A stretch of 64,000 nucleotides of DNA, from contig JAGQHJ010000002.1 in assembly GCA_020431915.1 (NCBI GenBank), positions 49,078-113,077 on the forward strand, given 5' to 3'. Below are positions 57,308 to 64,000 of the stretch, piece after piece. Source of the DNA: Cyanobacteria bacterium HKST-UBA04 (lineage in GTDB: Bacteria > Cyanobacteriota > Vampirovibrionia > Vampirovibrionales > JAGQHJ01). Made by a program: the position numbers and the translations under genes. Within the stretch, counting starts at the first letter, position 1, and each line of letters begins with the position of its first letter. The notes under the pieces were generated by a model. The model ran no database searches. It was not told the DNA's origin and saw nothing but the letters and a program-made list of their open reading frames with translations.

Positions 57308-58528
57308 CTAATTGACTGGCTTAACCGCATTCTTAAATCCCGGGTGCAACAGCACCAGGGCCAGCACCATAACCATGGCGGCCGTCCAATACGCCGTAAC
57401 CACGCCCTGGGTTTGGTACAGCCAGGCTGCAGACAACGGTCCCAAAAAGCGCGACAAGCTGGCCAGCGATTGGGTTACCCCCATTGTTTCGCCTTGCTGG
57501 GTATCATCGGCCTCCTTGCTGATACTGGAAATCAAGGCCGTATGGCAGAACCCATGGCCAAAGGCCAACAGGCCCGCCCCCACCAGCAACACCCAGAGCT
57601 GGGTGCTGAACGGTAGTATCATTAGCCCCACCGCCATGATGGCGCAGCCCGAAGAGGCCAACCCATGGTCGCTGACCTTGCCACTAAGGCGCCGAACCAG
57701 CCCGCCCTGCACGAACGCCAGAACCAGTCCCAGGTAGGTAAACACCCCGTATACCATCAATACGCTCAGATGGGCATGATCAACCGCCAGCCATGTAAAC
57801 GTCCCTTCCATTTGTGCAAAGGCCAAAATCACAAGGGCATAGCTCAGCATTAAAATACCCATCTGGCCAGCCAGCTTGTTTTTTAAGACCGGCAGCGAGG
57901 CTGTTCGGCTACCCAGCTTGTGGGTACCCTGTCGCAGGCCAATGGACTCCGGCAACCGGACCAGGGCAAACCCCCAGTTGAGCAGGGCCAACACACCGGC
58001 GGCCAGGAACGGAAACCCCACACCAAAGCCGGGGGCCACCTGATCGCCAAACAACTGGAACAGGCCACCCAACCCGGGCCCAAACGCGAAGCCCAGCCCA
58101 AAGGCCGCCCCAATCCACATGCCAATATGCTTGGTCCGCTTCTCCGGCTCGGATAGGTCGGCAATATAGGCTTGGGCCGTGGCCACGTTGCTGCCGGCAA
58201 TGCCATCAATACAACGGGCAATCAAAAACAGCCAGAAGCTTTTGGCCCATGCCAACACAAAAAACGACAAGGCGGTGCCCAACATTGAAACCAGCAAAAC
58301 AGGGCGACGACCCACGCGATCGGACCAGCGGCCCAGGATGGGGGCAAACAAAAACTGCATCAACGAATAGCTGCCCAGCACCAGACCAATCTGCCATTCG
58401 CTAACCTCAAACAAGCGGGCATACTGGGGCAGAAAGGGGAAGACAATACCAAAGCCCAACAGATCGATGAAGACCACAAAAAAGATGATCCAAAACGCCG
58501 ACTTGGGAACGGAGGTAGCTTGACTCAT
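57308..58528 (-). CDS. MFS transporter (DHA1 / TetA-like drug:H+ antiporter family)
   Basis: 12 TM helices and MFS motif A (GRWSDRVGRRPVLL). Confidence 0.85.
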   Translation of the reverse strand: MSQATSVPKSAFWIIFFVVFIDLLGFGIVFPFLPQYARLFEVSEWQIGLVLGSYSLMQFLFAPILGRWSDRVGRRPVLLVSMLGTALSFFVLAWAKSFWLFLIARCIDGIAGSNVATAQAYIADLSEPEKRTKHIGMWIGAAFGLGFAFGPGLGGLFQLFGDQVAPGFGVGFPFLAAGVLALLNWGFALVRLPESIGLRQGTHKLGSRTASLPVLKNKLAGQMGILMLSYALVILAFAQMEGTFTWLAVDHAHLSVLMVYGVFTYLGLVLAFVQGGLVRRLSGKVSDHGLASSGCAIMAVGLMILPFSTQLWVLLVGAGLLAFGHGFCHTALISSISKEADDTQQGETMGVTQSLASLSRFLGPLSAAWLYQTQGVVTAYWTAAMVMVLALVLLHPGFKNAVKPVN

Positions 58529-58559
58529 AAGCGAACGGGTACTTTATCTGACACAAAAC

Positions 58560-58581
58560 ACGGGGCTTTTTTATCATACCT
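58560..58581 (+). repeat. Copy 2 of the recurrent motif ACGGGGCTTTTTTAT-cat-ACCT
   Basis: Exact 15-mer shared with 15624-15638. It lies 32-46 nt upstream of the MFS start codon, on the opposite strand. Confidence 0.5.
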
Positions 58582-58683
58582 AAAAAAGACCGGGCTTCAT
58601 CGGACAGGGCCAAGCAACAAGCAAGCCCGTATCGCCAATGCAACGGTGCTACGGACGCGTGAAACCACACCACCGCCTATGGA

Positions 58684-59328
58684 TTAGGCAACGTGCTTGA
58701 CGAGCAGGCAATCATCCGCCAGTACGTACGGAATACCGCAACGTGGGCACTCGGTAACGGTTTCAATGGCCTTTATCGGCAAAATAGCCTCACACTCGCA
58801 ACGCCAGCCCATCAGCTGAATCGGATTACCCTGCATCACGGCAAAATCGGGTACATGGCAATCCACCACCGAGCCGCTTTCCACAAAGGCAAACCGCCCC
58901 ACGGTAAAGCCGGCAGCAATAGTGGTGTTGGCGCCAATGCGGGCCCCCTGCTTAACCAGCGACGGCTGGATGCTGGAGATGTGGGCAGCATTGCCCCGCA
59001 TCAGTTTCAAGGGCGTAATCAGGGCACATGGCCCAAAATAGACGTAATCCTCCACAATGGCGCCACCCGTCAGGCTAACGTTGTTGTCCACCTGCACGTG
59101 GTTGCCGATGAACACCCCGCTGTCAATGGTGACATTGGCGCCAATAATACAATGACGGCCAATGACGGCATGGGGCCGAATGTGGGTAAAGTGCATCACC
59201 TGGGTACCGGCCCCAATCTCGGTGGGTTCATCCACGTAGGCCGAGGCATGAATGAGCAACGACGCATCATCCAGGTTATCGTACGAATCAAAGGCTTCAA
59301 TATGGTTGTGCCAGGGCGGCGATGCCAT
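58684..59328 (-). CDS. Hexapeptide-repeat (left-handed beta-helix) acyl/acetyltransferase with a C-terminal Cys4 zinc-ribbon
   Basis: Hexapeptide repeats (IGANVTIDSGVFIGNHVQVDNNVSLTGGAIV) and a C-terminal CECE...CPRC motif. Confidence 0.75.
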   Translation of the reverse strand: MASPPWHNHIEAFDSYDNLDDASLLIHASAYVDEPTEIGAGTQVMHFTHIRPHAVIGRHCIIGANVTIDSGVFIGNHVQVDNNVSLTGGAIVEDYVYFGPCALITPLKLMRGNAAHISSIQPSLVKQGARIGANTTIAAGFTVGRFAFVESGSVVDCHVPDFAVMQGNPIQLMGWRCECEAILPIKAIETVTECPRCGIPYVLADDCLLVKHVA

Positions 59329-59537
59329 AGGACCGGTAGAACTCCTTGTTTACAGTCGCCACGCTTATACCCGTTAAGACTGTTCTTCAGACGTTACTAT
59401 ATCAAGTATAGCAGGTTGTGGCGGCCCTTGCCACCGCACACCGAGCAAAAACCGCTGGAACCGTTCAAAGCGATTCTAATCCGGGTCGTGGCTGTCCGTT
59501 TGGGCCATGTATCGGCAAAAATCCCTGATTCATTAAT

Positions 59538-60395
59538 CTAGGTGCCAACCGTGTCGCAATCGCCATAGCATTCAACGCCCTGCAGGTCGACACCAGCCTG
59601 GTGAAGTACCGACACCTCGTCGGCGACGGCCCCAGGAACCGGCTTGTAACGCTCATCGAGCAGTTGGCCAGAAACCAGCAACAGGTCGCCATCCTGCAAC
59701 TCGGGGTGATCCCGTATAACCTTTGCCAAACCAACGGCATCCGGCTGGTCGCACCACGCACGAACCACAATCACAAAATTACACGGCACGTTCGCCTCTC
59801 GAAGGACGGTTTGTATTTGTAACATCCGGTTTACAGCCTGATGAACAGCGGGCTTGACCCCCGACATCCTTTGCCAGAGTGCCCCCAACAAGCCCTTGCC
59901 AGGCCAGGTTTTAAGGAAAACACCCCCAAACGGCTCTTCTACAAGGCCCGTTATGGCATCCAGACGGCCACCCTGTTCCCTGTGACGGCTCAGTGCCCAT
60001 TGCTCGGGCGTTTTTCCCTCCAGATACCAGACCCCACCCTTTGAGTAGTGCTCAAGCGCGTAATCACCGGTTAAAAACACCAAATCACCGACCTCTACCG
60101 GCGGCTTGCCGTTGTATTGGTCGAAAAGATGCTGCTGCCAGGGAGGTGGGCCGGTTGCGTCCGTTGCAGGCCGCGAACGCACAAAGTCAAAGCTGACGGG
60201 CAGCGGCCGATAGGTTGCCCGGTTACCGGGATCGCCAATAACCTGTTGGCTGGCAAATGCCTGCCACAGGGCCACGGCCTCCCGAAAATGCCGGCGCGAA
60301 GCACGGGCCTGACGCCTGTTTTTGGCAGGAACATGGTAGAGATGCCCACCAAGCGCTGAAAATCGAAGGTTCGAAACCACAAGACAACCGCCCAT
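59538..60395 (-). CDS. Hypothetical protein (possibly thioredoxin-like; CYGDC near the C-terminus)
   Basis: Protein-like ORF with no confident family. Start taken at the internal ATG (MGGCLVV...). Confidence 0.35.
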   Translation of the reverse strand: MGGCLVVSNLRFSALGGHLYHVPAKNRRQARASRRHFREAVALWQAFASQQVIGDPGNRATYRPLPVSFDFVRSRPATDATGPPPWQQHLFDQYNGKPPVEVGDLVFLTGDYALEHYSKGGVWYLEGKTPEQWALSRHREQGGRLDAITGLVEEPFGGVFLKTWPGKGLLGALWQRMSGVKPAVHQAVNRMLQIQTVLREANVPCNFVIVVRAWCDQPDAVGLAKVIRDHPELQDGDLLLVSGQLLDERYKPVPGAVADEVSVLHQAGVDLQGVECYGDCDTVGT

Positions 60396-60692
60396 CGAAA
60401 CTGGCTTAAAACACCCAGAACGCAATAAAACCGAAACGATTCACCCAATTTACCCCAACCAGCCGGTTTGTTAAGAGGGCTTTCTCCTCCAGACGGGGGA
60501 GAAGCCCGCCCCTGGCCGGGTCCTTCTACACCAGACAATGGATGTTGAAAACAACCTAAATACGATAGGTTAGGGTGCGGGTGTATCCGGTACGAGTGTA
60601 TCAAGTCCAGACGTCTCAACCCCGGACCCGATCATCTGAATTGATAAACCGCGATAAACGTGTGACCGACCAGACGCTAGGATAGCTGTGCG

Positions 60693-62255
60693 ATGATATC
60701 CGGCCCTTCCAACATGCCCATGCCCGACGCCATGCCTGATCAACAGGCAGGGCCCGGCACGCTGCCTGCAGATGAACCGGCCTTGCAAGAGACGGTACCG
60801 GGTGCTTTGCCCGGTACAGCCACGGCTACTCTGGAAGGGACCAGCCAACCGGCACAAGCACCCCCGTCTGCCCCGCCACCCAACGGGGTTCTGGCCTGGC
60901 CTGTTTCGTCGCCCTACAGCTACATACTGCCTGCCGAAAGCCTGGCCGAACAGATTACAAAAACCATACAAACATTCTGGCATCACCCCATGCGGGTAAA
61001 GCTGTTCAGTATTGCCCATGATCCCCATTACTACTGGCACACTCAGGACTTTTACGTGGCCCAAAAAGGCCTCGATGACAACGGTCAGCTTTGGGGGCAA
61101 CTGCGCCTAAGCGAAGGCCTGTGCCAGTACCTCATCGAGTCCAGCCTGGGCAAGGCGCAAAGCGAGGCGCTGTTTACCCTGTCGGCCATTCGCCATTTCG
61201 AGGTGTTTTTGCTGGAACGGTTCAGCCGGAACCTGTTTGAACTGATGGCAACCGCCTTGCTGCAACCACCCCCAGCCAATACCCCCATTACCGAGGAAGC
61301 CCAAACCAACCTGATGCACCTGGTCTGGGTACTGTCGCCCAACAGCCGCCCCGAGGAGCTAGACCTGGGCAAGGCAGTGGCCCTGGACGAACAGGAATAC
61401 GCCGGCAACCTGCAGTCGGAATGCTGCATGGTGCTGACCGCCCCGCAGTTGTGCCTGAAACCGCAACTGCTGCCCGAACGGGTATACCATCCCCTGCCCG
61501 ACAGCCAATTCATTCACGCCCATGCCGACGTGCGACTAAAAGTGGGCCGAAGCTGGGCCACCCTCGAAGAGCTTCAGACCCTGGAGCCGGAAGACATCAT
61601 TATCCTTGAAGACAGCCACCTCTCTCGTGCCTCGGTGTGGGACCCGGTTACCGGGACATGGCTGGACGTAACAACCTACCTGGACAACCCGGCTGCCTTG
61701 AGCAGCAATACCCCGTTTAATGAGACCGACGAGTATGGAGCCAACCTGATGAACGAGATGACCCAGGCCCCACAAAACATCTGGGACACCCTGAATGTGG
61801 AAGTAACGGCCACCTTTAACCCCGTTCGCCTGCCCCTCAAAAATCTGCGCGACATGGAACAGGGCCTGGTCCTGGAAGTGGCCGACCTGATGGACAACAA
61901 GCTGTATGTGCAAGTCGAGGGCCATACCGTGGCCTGGGGCGAATTAATCGTGGTTGGCGAACGCTTTGGTATCCGAGTCCAGGGTATTCAAGACACCATC
62001 GACCCAACCGAAGCTCAGGTTCGGGCAGAACAGGCCGCCAGGCAACGGTCGCTGCAAGGCCAGGGCGCCGGTGGCATGGGCGACCCGATGATGGCCCAGG
62101 CCGGTGTTGACCCCAATGCCGCCGCCATGGGTGACGTTAACGCCCAGGCCGTCAACGCATCCGTAGACGAATTTGGTGAAACCCAGTTCAACGAAGGCGA
62201 AAATTTCGACGACCCCGCCTTCGACGATTTTGACAACGAGGAAGATTGGTCTTAA
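60693..62255 (+). CDS. fliN: FliN/SctQ-family C-ring protein (C-terminal SpoA domain) with a long FliM-like/unknown N-terminal region and a P/A-rich leader
   Basis: SpoA motif (GLVLEVADLMDNKLYVQVEGHTVAWGELIVVGERFGIRVQGI) at residues about 390-450 and an acidic tail. 520 aa is far longer than a canonical FliN. Confidence 0.7.
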   Translation: MISGPSNMPMPDAMPDQQAGPGTLPADEPALQETVPGALPGTATATLEGTSQPAQAPPSAPPPNGVLAWPVSSPYSYILPAESLAEQITKTIQTFWHHPMRVKLFSIAHDPHYYWHTQDFYVAQKGLDDNGQLWGQLRLSEGLCQYLIESSLGKAQSEALFTLSAIRHFEVFLLERFSRNLFELMATALLQPPPANTPITEEAQTNLMHLVWVLSPNSRPEELDLGKAVALDEQEYAGNLQSECCMVLTAPQLCLKPQLLPERVYHPLPDSQFIHAHADVRLKVGRSWATLEELQTLEPEDIIILEDSHLSRASVWDPVTGTWLDVTTYLDNPAALSSNTPFNETDEYGANLMNEMTQAPQNIWDTLNVEVTATFNPVRLPLKNLRDMEQGLVLEVADLMDNKLYVQVEGHTVAWGELIVVGERFGIRVQGIQDTIDPTEAQVRAEQAARQRSLQGQGAGGMGDPMMAQAGVDPNAAAMGDVNAQAVNASVDEFGETQFNEGENFDDPAFDDFDNEEDWS

Positions 62256-62722
62256 AGGCGATGAGTTACTCACACTACATGTTCAATTTTCTCTTTGCCA
62301 CCATGGCCATGATTGCCGTGCTGTATGCCGTCTATTGGTTTGTCAAGAAAAACCCGCAGCTGTCGGGCATGGCCCGCCTGGAGAAACACAACAACCCGGA
62401 CCGCCAGTTGTTTGTTGAAGCCACCCTGAACCTGGAACCAAGAAAACGGTTGTACGTGGTTGGCTACGGTCGCCAGCGTTACCTGCTATCCTCTTCTGGC
62501 GATGACAAGACCGAAATGCTGGCTACACTTGATACAGAAGCCCCCACCAAAAGCGAGCTCACCGAAGCCCTCCAGGCCGAGCTGGCCTTGGCTGCCGGAT
62601 CGAATAAAACCGGCGACGGAACCACGTTCCAAAGCCAGTACAACGAGTGCACCACGTTCTGGCAACGGTTCGTGCTCAGCATCAAGCTCCTTATCCAGGA
62701 TCGATTTTCGCAACCCCGGTAA
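62246..62722 (+). CDS. fliO: Flagellar export protein FliO-like (single TM + conserved PRKRLYVVGYG...LL segment)
   Basis: N-terminal TM (FNFLFATMAMIAVLYAVYWFV) and a FliO-like core (LEPRKRLYVVGYGRQRYLLSSSGDDKTEMLATLD). TTG start at 62246 or ATG at 62261. Confidence 0.55.
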   Translation: MVLKAMSYSHYMFNFLFATMAMIAVLYAVYWFVKKNPQLSGMARLEKHNNPDRQLFVEATLNLEPRKRLYVVGYGRQRYLLSSSGDDKTEMLATLDTEAPTKSELTEALQAELALAAGSNKTGDGTTFQSQYNECTTFWQRFVLSIKLLIQDRFSQPR

Positions 62723-62771
62723 ACGCCCCTTGTCAGCCATCCTGCCCCAAGAAAGAGAAAGCCCTTAAACA

Positions 62772-63413
62772 ATGGAACAGATATTCGCCCACATGGACCC
62801 CGCCCTTCAGCTGATGCTGACGATGGCCGGGCTGAGCCTGCTGCCGTTTGTCCTGGTGAGTATGACCAGCTTCATGCGCTACGTCATTGTGCTGTCCATT
62901 CTAAAAACCGCCATGGGTACGCAACAGGTGCCCCCCGGCATTGTATTGGTGGGTATTTCTCTGTTGCTCACCATTTACACCATGTCCCCGGTTTTTGGCG
63001 AAATGTACGAAATGGCCGAAGGCCCCATTAACCGAAACGAGGCTGTATTCACCGTCCTCGCCGAAGCCTCCGTGCCCTTGAAGAATTTTATGATGCGCCA
63101 GACACGGCAAGAGGATCTGTCCTACATTCTTGAGCTGGCCCGGGAAGTCCCCCCCGAAAGCCCGGCCGATGTACAAATATGGGAAGTAGCACCGGCCTAC
63201 ATGATTAGCGAACTGCGCACCGCTTTTGAAATCGGTTTCTTGATCTTCATCCCCTTTATCGTGCTCGACATGGTTGTGGCCAACATCCTGCTGGCACTCG
63301 GGATGATGATGCTGTCGCCCACCATTATCTCGCTGCCCTTCAAAATCCTTATCTTCATTGCCGTGGATGGCTGGAGCCTGATTATCCACGGTCTGATTAA
63401 AAGCTTTAACTGA
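62772..63413 (+). CDS. fliP: Flagellar/T3SS export gate protein FliP/SctR
   Basis: Strong FliP signature (SFMRYVIVLSILKTAMGTQQVPPGIVLVGISLLLTIYTMSPVF ... ELRTAFEIGFLIFIPFIVLDMVVANILLALGMMMLSP). Confidence 0.9.
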   Translation: MEQIFAHMDPALQLMLTMAGLSLLPFVLVSMTSFMRYVIVLSILKTAMGTQQVPPGIVLVGISLLLTIYTMSPVFGEMYEMAEGPINRNEAVFTVLAEASVPLKNFMMRQTRQEDLSYILELAREVPPESPADVQIWEVAPAYMISELRTAFEIGFLIFIPFIVLDMVVANILLALGMMMLSPTIISLPFKILIFIAVDGWSLIIHGLIKSFN

Positions 63414-63469
63414 CCCCATCCCGCTGCTTCGCGGGCTAACCCCAACGGAGATAAAAAACCACCCCGCCC

Positions 63470-64000
63470 ATGGAACTATTCATGAACCATACCGGCCAGG
63501 GCTTGTTCCTGATTTTATTGCTGTCAATGCCTTGCGTGTTGACGGCAGCAGCCGTGGGGTTGGTGGTTGGTATCGTCCAGGCTGTTACCCAGGTGCAGGA
63601 GCAAACCATTACGGCTGCGCCTAAAATTGCACTGGTGTTTTTGCTGCTTATTTTTGGCGGCCCGATGATGATGAAGGTATTGAAGGATTACATGTACGAT
63701 TCCGTTCGCCTTGGCGTCGACGTTGTACCCGGCCAGGACATCATGGCCATGCCCAGCAAGCGCCTGGCTGGCCGACGTGCTCTACAGCAAGAAGAATTTT
63801 TCAACGACCATAATGCCCCGCCAGGACAAAGCAAATTAAAGCAGTTCATTAATTCCCCCTCTGCTGCCAAAAATTTGACCACCACCGATAAAGCCATCCT
63901 GTCGGCCAAGTCCAAGCAGGCACCCAAGTTGGGGGTCGGCGAAAAAGTCTACATGAAGCGGCGCAACGACAACACCCTGCCCAAGCCACCGAAACGGTAA
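63470..64000 (+). CDS. fliQ: FliQ/SctS export gate protein with an atypical ~90-aa basic C-terminal extension
   Basis: Residues about 5-90 match the FliQ pattern (VGIVQAVTQVQEQTITAAPKIALVFLLLIFGGPMMMKVLKDYMYDSV). They are followed by a hydrophilic K/R-rich tail up to the stop at 63998-64000. Confidence 0.75.
   Translation: MELFMNHTGQGLFLILLLSMPCVLTAAAVGLVVGIVQAVTQVQEQTITAAPKIALVFLLLIFGGPMMMKVLKDYMYDSVRLGVDVVPGQDIMAMPSKRLAGRRALQQEEFFNDHNAPPGQSKLKQFINSPSAAKNLTTTDKAILSAKSKQAPKLGVGEKVYMKRRNDNTLPKPPKR

Noticed and set aside
60361-60400. A GGTTCGAAACC string resembling a tRNA T-loop. Similar strings occur at 16231 and 38281.
   Set aside because: No matching acceptor or T-stem complementarity or anticodon arm could be assembled around any of them, and all lie inside protein-coding ORFs. 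No tRNA, tmRNA or RNase P signatures were found in the window.
60620-60692. A possible sigma-28 (FliA) promoter, TAAA-N15-GCCGATAA, upstream of the fliN-like gene. Similarity rests on CCGCGATAAA at about 60650.
   Set aside because: Only the -10-like GCGATAA half is present. No correctly spaced TAAA -35 element was found, so this is too weak to call.
1-64000. Cyanobacterial HIP1 (GCGATCGC) enrichment, CRISPR-like spaced repeats, transposase or integrase genes
   Set aside because: Only scattered partial GCGATCG matches were seen, with no enrichment. There are no arrays of 25-40 bp direct repeats. No ORF has DDE, tyrosine or serine recombinase motifs. So the window offers no support for a cyanobacterial sensu stricto origin, a CRISPR locus or a mobile element.

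Overview
This is a GC-rich (about 58-60%) bacterial chromosomal segment that is densely coded, mostly by housekeeping and cell-envelope genes. I found no rRNA, tRNA, CRISPR array, transposase or integrase.

Recognisable genes:
- Core functions: alaS, mutS, mnmE, nadE with an adjacent Nudix regulator (NrtR), hemD, dapF, rpe, ldcA, trmL, cutA and a GH3 NagZ-like hydrolase.
- Transporters: an APC-superfamily amino acid permease, an AI-2E family transporter and an MFS transporter.
- Envelope: a minus-strand cluster of an ArnT-like glycosyltransferase, a GT2 polyprenyl-phosphate glycosyltransferase and a UPF0104 flippase-like protein, followed by bamA (a short, roughly 3-POTRA Omp85) and skp. There is also an SLH-domain beta-barrel porin with a long AT-rich leader. 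This points to a non-proteobacterial diderm whose outer membrane is tethered by SLH domains (Deinococcus-Thermus, Cyanobacteria/Vampirovibrionia or Negativicutes style). I cannot assign the phylum from the sequence alone.

The most unusual content is secretion-related:
1. A flagellar-type type III export gate set, fliN(SctQ-like)-fliO-fliP-fliQ, sits at the 3' end of the window. fliQ carries an unusual ~90-aa basic C-terminal extension, and the FliN-like protein is 520 aa. A fliI ATPase gene, with a weak fliH-like gene upstream, lies 56 kb away between unrelated transporter genes.
2. An orphan two-partner-secretion TpsB transporter is preceded by a terminator-like leader hairpin.
3. A 2.6-kb gene encodes a signal-peptide-bearing parallel beta-helix repeat protein. 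It is convergent with a small bitopic protein whose architecture (TM, Pro-rich linker, C-terminal domain) resembles VirB10/TrbI, with no other type IV components nearby. An anti-sigma antagonist (STAS) and an unknown partner gene lie just upstream.

Other noteworthy features:
- A MerR-like protein with a long coiled coil is followed by two paralogous small Gly/Ser-rich proteins (NPF motifs, C-terminal SFLA).
- Several proteins have prion-like Y/Q/S/P-rich segments.
- A 15-nt motif, ACGGGGCTTTTTTAT, recurs in three intergenic regions.
- There are several short tandem repeats and perfect palindromes.

All functional calls come from motif recognition in the supplied translations. I could not run similarity searches or structure predictions. 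My base counting for hairpins, repeats and palindromes may be off by one or two positions.
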